From a virus, in IMG/VR virus record IMGVR_UViG_3300008108_000011, positions 32,001 to 96,000 of that record: a stretch of 64,000 nucleotides of DNA; one strand, 5' to 3'. Below are positions 9,968 through 18,600 of the stretch, piece after piece. The position numbers were made by a program, and so were the translations under genes. The first letter of the stretch is position 1, and every line of letters begins with the position of its first letter. Under the pieces are notes generated by a model that searched no databases, was not told the origin of the DNA, and was given only the letters and a program-made list of their open reading frames with translations.

Positions 9968-12622
9968 ATGTTGCTACCCGAATTAAATTTACCAGTAGGT
10001 TTTGCTGGCAAAGATGGTTTCTATTGGTGGATAGGTCAGATCGAAACAGATGTAGACAAAAAGTTCTCCAATAGATATAAAGTAAGAATTGTTGGGCAGC
10101 ATGTTAAGAGTTGCACTGCTGTTTCCGTTGAGGATTTACCTTGGGCGGTAGTTATGCTGCCTGTAACTGCTCCTTCATCGGAAGGTAATAGTTCATATCA
10201 TCCAGCAAGATTACAGAAAGGAGATTGGGTAGTAGGTTTCTTTTTAGATGGTGCTGAAGGTCAACACCCTGTTATCATGGGTAGTTTCCAGAAGGTAACC
10301 AAGTCAACAACTAATACATCATTATCAAATAATAATTCTACTGCAGAGTGTCTGGCATTCACAAGATATGTTCCAGATACTAATCCTAAAATGACTGTTC
10401 CAGAAGGCAGTCAGGATGCAACTGCTAGACCAGGAATTAAAAACGGAGAAGGATCTGGATCATCAACCATTTTAAATGCTACAAATGATCAGCAATCTGG
10501 AACTAATCCACATGGAAGATATGCATGTGTTTTGATTGCAGATCCTACATGTGAAGATACATCATCATCTCAATCTAAATTTGAGCAAACCCTATCAGAA
10601 TTTTTTGGAGCAGTTTCTAAAAATGGTGGGCAGTTAGGAACTCAGATGTTGAGCAGTGTCACTGGAAAACTCTACGATTATACTGGTGCTGCTGGTGGAT
10701 ATATTAGAAGAGTATTTGGATTAGCGAGAACTTATATTAAAGCTGGAAAGTTTCAACTGCTTGCTTTGATAAAGAAGGGAGTGCAAACTTTAATATCATT
10801 CTGTTTAGGAATACCTATCCCAACATCAAATCCTAAAGATGGCAAAGCAGTTAAATTAAAAAATCAAGGTATATTAAGTAAACTATTCCAGTGGTTGAAT
10901 GAACAACTCGGATTGATTAATTGTGCCATTGCAGGATTAGAAGATAGACTTCTAGATTTTTTAACAAACTTAATTTATGGTTTACTTACGGAAGTTGTAT
11001 CTGCTGCAACTTGTAAGATAGAACAGATTGTATCTCAAATTATTAATGAGATTGAAAGTTTTCTTACCGACGCAATAAGTGCAATTCTAGGACCTCTACA
11101 AGCTATCTTAGGAATTATTGCTAGCCCACTTAATATCTTGGGAGCAATTCTACAATACATATTCACACTGTTTGGTATCTCCTGCACAGGACCAGATAAA
11201 AAATGTAAGAAACCAGAACAGTCTCAGTTTTGCACTGGAGCTGCTAATAATAAGAAACCAGGGGAAGATGATTTCGCAGCACTAGATAAATTAATTGCTG
11301 ATGTTGCTGCAGGTGGTCAAGCAGATTTACAAACAAGTTGCACAGATTACACTACATTGCCTTGCCCAGCAGTCACAACAGCAAATGTATACGGCGGAGA
11401 ACCAGGAGACGGTTCTGGTGATCCAGAAACACCACCGCCAGATGTAGAAGATCCTTTCGATAATTTCTTTGATTCATTTAATCCGCCAACTGATGACGGT
11501 AATAGAGATGGATCAGATGATATTGACGAAGAGGTTGATGCGATACCAGTTAATGCGGCAGTTAATAGCACAGTTGGTTTAAGATTAACTAGCAACTCAA
11601 GGTATAGAATTGCATTAGCACAAAGAAGTGATTATACATGGAGGGGAACTTTAAACATCAACTTATCATCTACTTCTTCTGAAGTTAGAACGCAAGATAG
11701 ATACGAAGTTGATGTCGTTTCAGTTATACCACAGACAGAGACTAATATTATAACATATTCATTGACTGCTGACAAGACAAGAGTTAGACAAAGTGAAACA
11801 ATTTCATTTACATTAAGATTATTAAGTGGATCTGTTCCAGATGGAACAGTATTTAATTATTTTATGTTTGGTTTTATTCAAGCATCTGATTTTGCTAATG
11901 GAATAAACACAGGAAGAATGACAATGATTGACGGTGTTGCTACTGCAAACATAACAATCTCTTCACAAATAAGTATAGCAGATGAAGAAGAAGTGCTATT
12001 CAGTGTGACAGAAGCTGGTTTGTCTAGGCAGTTTATCATCTACAATCAGAATCCCGTAGTAACTACACCAACAGAACCACCTAGATCATTTGTTCCTCCC
12101 ACTTTAGGAATACCTGAAGTTGATGGGGAGGGTAGGATCATATACATACCTATCGTTGACCCAGGAGATCCATATGTAAGACCTCCATTTATTAATATAG
12201 CAGGAACTGGTAGTGGTGCTTCTGCTACTGCACTTTTAGATGATAGTGGTAGGTTGACGAAGATAAAGATAGAAAGACCTGGAAGGAATTATGTTCCAAA
12301 CAAATCTAACAAAACTAGTTGTGTAATAGATGGGTTTGTTGTCATTAGACCTGGATCTGGATACACATCAGAACCAACTGTAACTGTAAATGGAGAGCAA
12401 GGAATTGCCAGAGCAATTATAAGAGATGGATTTGTAGTTGATCTTGAAGTAATAAATAAGACGAAAACCTATGAAGATTTCCCTGCTGTCAGAGTGTTTG
12501 GTGGTGGTGGATCAGGAACCAGAGTTATTTCGTCGCTCTCTTGTTTAGAAAGAGAAACATACGAAGAGTTTGCATTATCTGTTGCTCCATCTGGAGAAGC
12601 ACAAGTAATCGATTGCCCATAA
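9968..12622 (+). CDS. gp5: gp5 baseplate spike protein, N-terminal OB-fold part (no lysozyme domain seen)
   Basis: FAGKDGFYWWIGQIE..RYKVRIVGQH..LPWAVVMLPVT..GDWVVGFFLDG..QHPVIMG is the gp5 OB-fold pattern. Confidence 0.85.
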   Translation: MLLPELNLPVGFAGKDGFYWWIGQIETDVDKKFSNRYKVRIVGQHVKSCTAVSVEDLPWAVVMLPVTAPSSEGNSSYHPARLQKGDWVVGFFLDGAEGQHPVIMGSFQKVTKSTTNTSLSNNNSTAECLAFTRYVPDTNPKMTVPEGSQDATARPGIKNGEGSGSSTILNATNDQQSGTNPHGRYACVLIADPTCEDTSSSQSKFEQTLSEFFGAVSKNGGQLGTQMLSSVTGKLYDYTGAAGGYIRRVFGLARTYIKAGKFQLLALIKKGVQTLISFCLGIPIPTSNPKDGKAVKLKNQGILSKLFQWLNEQLGLINCAIAGLEDRLLDFLTNLIYGLLTEVVSAATCKIEQIVSQIINEIESFLTDAISAILGPLQAILGIIASPLNILGAILQYIFTLFGISCTGPDKKCKKPEQSQFCTGAANNKKPGEDDFAALDKLIADVAAGGQADLQTSCTDYTTLPCPAVTTANVYGGEPGDGSGDPETPPPDVEDPFDNFFDSFNPPTDDGNRDGSDDIDEEVDAIPVNAAVNSTVGLRLTSNSRYRIALAQRSDYTWRGTLNINLSSTSSEVRTQDRYEVDVVSVIPQTETNIITYSLTADKTRVRQSETISFTLRLLSGSVPDGTVFNYFMFGFIQASDFANGINTGRMTMIDGVATANITISSQISIADEEEVLFSVTEAGLSRQFIIYNQNPVVTTPTEPPRSFVPPTLGIPEVDGEGRIIYIPIVDPGDPYVRPPFINIAGTGSGASATALLDDSGRLTKIKIERPGRNYVPNKSNKTSCVIDGFVVIRPGSGYTSEPTVTVNGEQGIARAIIRDGFVVDLEVINKTKTYEDFPAVRVFGGGGSGTRVISSLSCLERETYEEFALSVAPSGEAQVIDCP

Positions 12623-12628
12623 AAAATC

Positions 12629-14158
12629 ATGGCAAAAAGTTGGCTAGAACTACAAGAGAATTTAAGAACTGGAGCGGCAAAACTACCTAACCCAGTTCCT
12701 AATAGTAGTTGTGGGGTATCTGAAAATCAAACAGCACAAACAGATATACTTGGATTGCCTAATCTAGGTGAACTTACCCAACCAGTTAATGATTTCCTTT
12801 CTGGTGTTCAGGGTGAGATAGATCAGTTCGGTGCTGATGTCATGGGAGTGCTTCAAGATATTGGAGCATTTATTCCACCCGAATTACAGGGATCTGGTGG
12901 CAGCAACTCGACAACAGAAGACGGAAAATCTAAAGTTGCGGCTGTATCAAGTTTAAATCATACCATTCTAGCAAATGGCGAAGTAACAGTAACTGATGGT
13001 AGTGATTCTGATACTGGTGATAGTTTTTATTCTATAGTAACTAGTTCTGGTGGTGGAATAACATTAGATACTGATGGCAGTGTTATTTTAACAGCTGGAA
13101 AAAATCCATCTTCAGATCCAAAAACAGGAAGAGTAGATATAATTGCACAGGGAGCTGGCGTGCAAAAGTATGGTGAGTTTCTTGCCATAGAAGTTAATAA
13201 TGATAATGAGGCATTGTCAGCGGAAAATCCTTCAGTTAAAGGAGCTGCATTTTCTATTGTAGTTCATGGAAACGTTGAAATTCAATCAACATCTGGTGAT
13301 GTTAAAGTAGGTGGAAAAAATATTGTATTTTCTGCATCTGATTCTATCGAATTAAATGGAGCAGATATTAAATTATATGCTGGATCATCCAGCACAACTA
13401 CTGGTGGATCTTCTGGTAAAGCGAAAGAAGAACAAGGTGGAATCATAGAACTGAAGTGTGGATTATTAAAGAATTCTAGTGCCGCTCAACAAAATATTGA
13501 AGGTGGAACATATAACAAGGTAGATGGTGAGAAGTTTATCACCACTACTAATTCACAGGGTAACGTGACTATCGAATCCACAGGAACTCTTAATATTAAG
13601 AGTGGTGGAGACATGATAGAAGAAATTGGAGGAAGGAAACTTACTACCGTATTTGCTGCTCTCCCTGGAGTTAGCTTGGGTGGGGGGTTGATACCACCTA
13701 GACCACAAGTATTGGGAGTTTCCGCTGGATATTATATCACAAATAAGTATCCTATCATTCCTGCAGGAGGAACCTCAGCAGAAATTCCTCCTCTAGTTCA
13801 CATTGATTCAAATGTCAGTGCAGGTGGTCATGGATTCACTGTGGAAGCACCTATGGGCAACATAGGATTATACAGTAGATTTGGTAGCGTTGGTATGGCA
13901 ACCGATTTTTCTGCTTTTGCTGATATAACTCCACCTGGATTTGTTGGGGCAACTGTTCCTAAACCATTACTTCAATTAAAATCTCCTGGTGCATACATAA
14001 CAGCACTCGATAATTTAAGTATGGGTGCAAAAATTAACACCAGTCTATTCGCTGGTCCTATTCCTACAGGAGGAACACCACCTATCGATGACTCTATCAA
14101 TATTACTCCTGGAACTATCAGAGTATCTGCATTAAAGGGTGGTATTTTCTTAAACTAA
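12629..14158 (+). CDS. gp5 C-terminal-like beta-helical spike protein
   Basis: Follows gp5-N directly. Short beta-repeat pattern (VHGNVEIQSTSGDVKVGGKNIVFSASDSIELNGADIKL). Confidence 0.5.
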   Translation: MAKSWLELQENLRTGAAKLPNPVPNSSCGVSENQTAQTDILGLPNLGELTQPVNDFLSGVQGEIDQFGADVMGVLQDIGAFIPPELQGSGGSNSTTEDGKSKVAAVSSLNHTILANGEVTVTDGSDSDTGDSFYSIVTSSGGGITLDTDGSVILTAGKNPSSDPKTGRVDIIAQGAGVQKYGEFLAIEVNNDNEALSAENPSVKGAAFSIVVHGNVEIQSTSGDVKVGGKNIVFSASDSIELNGADIKLYAGSSSTTTGGSSGKAKEEQGGIIELKCGLLKNSSAAQQNIEGGTYNKVDGEKFITTTNSQGNVTIESTGTLNIKSGGDMIEEIGGRKLTTVFAALPGVSLGGGLIPPRPQVLGVSAGYYITNKYPIIPAGGTSAEIPPLVHIDSNVSAGGHGFTVEAPMGNIGLYSRFGSVGMATDFSAFADITPPGFVGATVPKPLLQLKSPGAYITALDNLSMGAKINTSLFAGPIPTGGTPPIDDSINITPGTIRVSALKGGIFLN

Positions 14159-14238
14159 TAGTCATTTCAAAATTGACCTCCAATTACCAAAAGGTCGCAA
14201 AAAAAATCTCGGCAAATTTTTGGTCAAAAAAGTCGAGC

Positions 14239-14267
14239 TTGACAAAACCCCTAAATACCGCTAAACT
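14239..14267 (+). promoter_or_regulatory. sigma70-type promoter with a late-promoter-like CTAAATA in its spacer
   Basis: TTGACA(14239)-17 nt-TAAACT(14262); CTAAATA at 14251-14257. Confidence 0.6.
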
Positions 14268-14297
14268 AGCAATGTGGCGCTTTGAGAATCGAATTTT

Positions 14298-14486
14298 ATG
14301 AATCTCCAAAATCCTTCTGAACCAGCTCTTGACAAGATTACGGTTGACCTCTATAATAAGAAGGTAATCATCCGAGGTGAACATGGAACGACTCTTACCT
14401 TTCGATGTGCCACAATTAACGAGTTAGTTGAATTAAAGGAAAAATGTGGTAAACTGTTGAAGACAGATAACTTCATTTATCGCTGA
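14298..14486 (+). CDS. Hypothetical protein, 62 aa
   Basis: ORF downstream of the promoter; its stop codon abuts the tRNA at 14487. Confidence 0.6.
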   Translation: MNLQNPSEPALDKITVDLYNKKVIIRGEHGTTLTFRCATINELVELKEKCGKLLKTDNFIYR

Positions 14487-14559
14487 GCTCCTTTAGCAAT
14501 CTGGCGAATGCACCGAACTCATAATTCGGCTAAGGTGGGTTCGATCCCCTCAAGGAGCA
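14487..14559 (+). tRNA. tRNA with CAT anticodon (probably Ile2/lysidine type; elongator Met not excluded)
   Basis: Cloverleaf with acceptor GCTCCTT/AAGGAGC, anticodon arm CCGAA-CTCATAA-TTCGG and GTTCGATCC T-loop. The GAACTCATAATTC arm resembles cyanobacterial tRNA-Ile2. No encoded CCA. Confidence 0.9.
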
Positions 14560-14560
14560 C

Positions 14561-14589
14561 TTGACAGTCATTACGGCACCTGCTATAAT
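14561..14589 (+). promoter_or_regulatory. Perfect sigma70 promoter driving tRNA-Leu
   Basis: TTGACA-17 nt-TATAAT with an extended -10 TG. Confidence 0.85.
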
Positions 14590-14603
14590 ACTGTCATCAT
14601 CAC

Positions 14604-14687
14604 GGGGCGGTGGTGGAATCGGTAGACACACCAGACTTAAAATCTGTTGGGGGCAACCCCGTGGGAGTTCAAGTCTCCCTCGCCCTA
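14604..14687 (+). tRNA. trnL: tRNA-Leu(TAA)
   Basis: Acceptor GGGGCGG/TCGCCCT, anticodon loop CTTAAAA, long variable arm GGGGGCAACCCC, T-arm GGGAGTTCAAGTCTCCC. Confidence 0.93.
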
Positions 14688-14719
14688 TTTCCCACTAAAT
14701 AATTTGTAGTGGGAATGTT

Positions 14720-14986
14720 ATGAAATACACATTATCACAAGCATATGTCTTCTACATGGGAGAAGTTGTGCGAATGTATTTCATACAAAATCTTCCATAT
14801 ACGTTTGATGAGTTACCTCAAATAATCCAAGATCATCCTTCTGTTCAAACAGAAGCACTTAGTCATCGTGATTATGATGATGAAGATCTTTACAGAGTTT
14901 CAAATTATCTTATAATGGAAGAAATGCATCCTTTGATGTTTGACTTAGAAATCGAAAATCCTGAATTGTTACCTAAAGATGATTGA
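14720..14986 (+). CDS. Hypothetical protein, 88 aa
   Basis: ORF preceded by late-type CTAAATA (14695-14701) and coupled to cpeT. Confidence 0.7.
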   Translation: MKYTLSQAYVFYMGEVVRMYFIQNLPYTFDELPQIIQDHPSVQTEALSHRDYDDEDLYRVSNYLIMEEMHPLMFDLEIENPELLPKDD

Positions 14987-15452
14987 CAAATTTTGTGAAT
15001 ATTTTGAAGGAACATTTGAGAATAAATTGCAAGCAATGTCTTATCCGACACAGTTTGCTATGATTGAACTGATTCACGAAAAAATCGATGAAAATCGTTT
15101 TCGTTGTATTCAACGTTATTATGTTGATAAAAACGAATATCGTAGAACAGTTATTGAGGTCATTCCGCAAGAAACTTCAATTCTAGTCAAAAATTATAAA
15201 GAAAAAGATGAGTTGACTTATCTTTCTGGGTGTGATATAATGTTCGAGCAGATAGGTGATGAATTTCACGGCAAAAATCTTTGTAAAACCTGCTTTGTCT
15301 CCTGGTCGGGAAAAGAAACCTATCTACAAACACAAAGTATTCTCGGAAACGGTTACTATCATGTAATTGATAAGGGATACGATATAAATACCGACGAACA
15401 TATTTGGGGTAGCTTTCACGGGCAATTCCAGTTCGTCAAATCGCCCTTGTAG
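14979..15452 (+). CDS. cpeT: CpeT/CpcT-type phycobiliprotein lyase
   Basis: FEGTFENKLQAMSYPTQFA, GCDIMF, CFV, IDKGYD..HIWGSFHGQFQF are T-type bilin lyase motifs known from cyanophages. Confidence 0.85.
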   Translation: MIDKFCEYFEGTFENKLQAMSYPTQFAMIELIHEKIDENRFRCIQRYYVDKNEYRRTVIEVIPQETSILVKNYKEKDELTYLSGCDIMFEQIGDEFHGKNLCKTCFVSWSGKETYLQTQSILGNGYYHVIDKGYDINTDEHIWGSFHGQFQFVKSPL

Positions 15453-15514
15453 CTCAGTGGTAGAGCAGCGGTTTTGTAAACCGCTGGTCGTCTGTTCGAA
15501 TCAGATCGGGGGCT
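15443..15514 (+). tRNA. trnT: tRNA-Thr(TGT)
   Basis: Acceptor GCCCTTG/CGGGGGC, D-arm TAGCTCAGTGGTAGAGC, anticodon arm GCGGT-TTTGTAA-ACCGC, T-loop GTTCGAATC. Confidence 0.93.
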
Positions 15515-15534
15515 CTCCGTGTGAAGGAAGTGAT

Positions 15535-15559
15535 ACCTGAGGTTCGCCTCAGGTTTTTT
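15535..15559 (+). terminator. Rho-independent terminator
   Basis: ACCTGAGG-TTCG-CCTCAGGT followed by a T-run. Confidence 0.85.
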
Positions 15560-15561
15560 CT

Positions 15562-15569
15562 TATAAATA
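15562..15569 (+). promoter_or_regulatory. T4 late promoter TATAAATA
   Basis: Exact consensus immediately after the terminator and ~40 nt upstream of ATG 15608. Confidence 0.8.
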
Positions 15570-15607
15570 ACTCAGAAGAAATCTCCATACTACGGGTTAC
15601 TGAGAAG

Positions 15608-18600
15608 ATGCCATTAACAAGATTAGATAATCTTATTTCTAGTAAGACTGGTAAATATCTTTATGTTTCACCTGACGACTTTAATGCTACAGATGCCTTA
15701 GATAACAGAGGTAATTCTCCTCTAAGACCATTTGTTAGTATTCAAAGAGCATTTTTAGAAGCGGCAAGATTCTCGTATCTACCTAATGTAGATAATGACA
15801 GGTTTGACCAGTTTACAATCATGCTGTCGCCTGGCAATCACTATATTGATAACCGCCCTGGTGTGGAAGATGTTTCTACTCTTCCAATTTTTCAATTTAA
15901 TCAGGCAACACAAGAGTGGGAAGCAAATACTAATGTAAGCTTCGATCTCTCAGACCCAGATAATATTCTCTACAAGTTCAATGGTCGTGATGGTGGCGCA
16001 ACCATTCCTAGAGGAACTTCTCTTGTTGGAACAGATCTTCGCAGAACACAAGTTCGTGCTTTATATGTTCCAGATCCTGCTGATCCAGATGTTCCTCGCA
16101 CAGCTCTCTTTAATGTAACGGGTGGATGCTATTTCTGGCAGTTTACCATTCTAGATGGTGATTTAGAAGCAAGTTCGCCATTATATAATGTTGGATCTCC
16201 TGTTGGTGTTGGTAAAGTATACACGCAACCTGGCAGCACTACGAATTTAGCAATTCCTGAATTCTCTCACCACAAAATGACAAACTTTGTGTTTGCCGAC
16301 AGAGAGGATCTAGGTTTACTTTACAGAAAGATTGCTCGTGTATTCAGTGATTATCAACCAGCAATTGATGACGTATATGTAGAAGGTTCAAATACTCCTG
16401 TTACCGATTCTTGGTTTAGCACCACAACCTACCAGATTGGTGATAGGGTTCTTTATGATGGAAATGCTTATATAGCTAGTGCTGTATCCACAAATATTGC
16501 TCCTGATGCAGATGAAACAAAGTGGTCTCGTCTTGTAATTCGTGGTCGTGAATTTGATTTCAGGGTTCAAGAAAATAGAATCGTTGGTCCTCTTTCTGAC
16601 GCTGTTAGATTAGATGAGGTAACAATTTTAGATTCTAACCCCGCAGGAACAGTTACTGTTAAAGTAAGAACAAAAATTAATCATGGTTTCTTCCCTGGTC
16701 AATACGTTGCAATTTCCAATAATGGATTGAATACTACACTCAATGGTGTATTCAAAGTAACTGCTATCAGTCAAACTGATCCAAAAGAATTCGAATATAA
16801 AGTTGCAACCACAGCAACTGGTTTAGGATTGATTAGCGGAACTACTTACACTGCAGTATCTTCTCCATCACTTGACACTAACGCTACCGTACAGGCGGAG
16901 GTAGATAGCGTAGAATCAGCATCTCCATACGTCTTCAACGTTTCGATTCGTTCGACATGGGGTATTTGCGGTATTTGGGCTGATGGTCGCAAGGCGACTG
17001 GTTTCAAATCCATGGTTATCGCCCAGTATACTGGTGTTTCGCTACAGAAAGACGACAGAGCATTCATTCGTTACGACGAATTCAGCAACACATGGAACCA
17101 GGCACCACTAACTGATGCGTTTGCTACAACTCCTTATCACATCAAGGGAGATGCATATTGGAAGGATGATTGGAGAAACTTCCACGTTCGTGCTTCAGAT
17201 GACTCCTTCATTCAGAACGTTTCGATCTTCGCGGTAGGTTTTGCTGATCACTTCCTGCTTGAGTCAGGTGGTGACATGTCTATCACCAACTCGAACTCAA
17301 ACTTTGGTAACACTTCGATGCACTCGAAGGGATACAAAGGTTTTGCATTCTCGCAAGATAAAGGCGGATACATCACTCATATTGTTCCACCAAAATCTCT
17401 TTCTACTCTAAAAAATATTAAGCAACAGTATTATGTTCTGGATGCTCAATTAACTAGAGCTACTTCTAATCAAAATAGATTATATTTTGGATCTGATGAT
17501 GCTCGTAGCGCAGAAGATCGCCCAGCAGCATCGATTGGTGGGTATAGAATTGGTGCAAGAAGAAATGAAAAATTATTTGTAAAACTAGATACTTCTGCTG
17601 CTAAGCAAGCAGAACTTTCTCCATCTGGGTTTAAGAGATGGGTTTCTTCTCTATCCACAATTTCTCCAACTGGTTCTAGATCTGTAGAAGATATAAGTCG
17701 TTTGTATGTAACTAGCACTGTTGGATTTGCTTCAAATGATTTTGTTAAAGTTGATAACGAATTTTTCAGAATTACTGCAGTTAATCCTTCTAGTTTAAAT
17801 GTAGTAAGAGCACAATTGTCATCTGCAGCATCTGATCATGTTAATGCATCTATTGTTACAAAATATATTCAAAACGCTGTAGCGACTACTGTTCTTAATG
17901 AAGAAGTTGATGCTACTGAGACAGTATTTGACGTTCAGAGCACTACTGGTCTTGCTCCAAATATGTTTGCTAGTATTACTAATAGTCAAACATCTATTAA
18001 TGAAACAGTTAGAATTGTAACTATTGAGGGTGCTAGTCAAATTACAGTTCAGAGGGGTCAGTTAGGAACTATTGCTGTTGCTCAACCACAGACATCTTTA
18101 GTTACTCTAACAACACTTTCAAATACATATTCTCCTGCTTCTCCTAGTGTAACAACAACTCTCACTGAGAGATATCCAAGAATTACTCCTGCATCAAATG
18201 CATCAGAAAGAGATTATAATCTTGCACAAGATGCTGCGAATCTAATTGATTCAAATAAAACATTCATTCAAGCAGAAGCATTTGGATATGTTTTACAGAA
18301 ATATCCATATCTTCAAAATATTTCTTATGTAAACCCAAATATCACTGCGGAAACTGGTAGATATCGTGATGCCAGCAATTTGATTAAAGCAAATCGCCAA
18401 GAAATTATTGATTATGCTTTCACTCAAATGCAAGTTGCATTCCCTTCATTCGTTGTTCCAAACAATGAAAATGATAAGTGTAAGCGTGATATTGGATATA
18501 TTGTAGATGCAATCGCAAACGATTTATATGATGGTGGAAATGCAAGCATCATTGAGGCAACCAAAGCATATTTTGACAATAACGGATCTTTAATTACAAA

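Noticed and set aside
15521-15607. ORF-track start of the giant protein at 15521
   Set aside because: The extension runs through a terminator and the late promoter. ATG 15608 gives the family-typical MPLTRL start.
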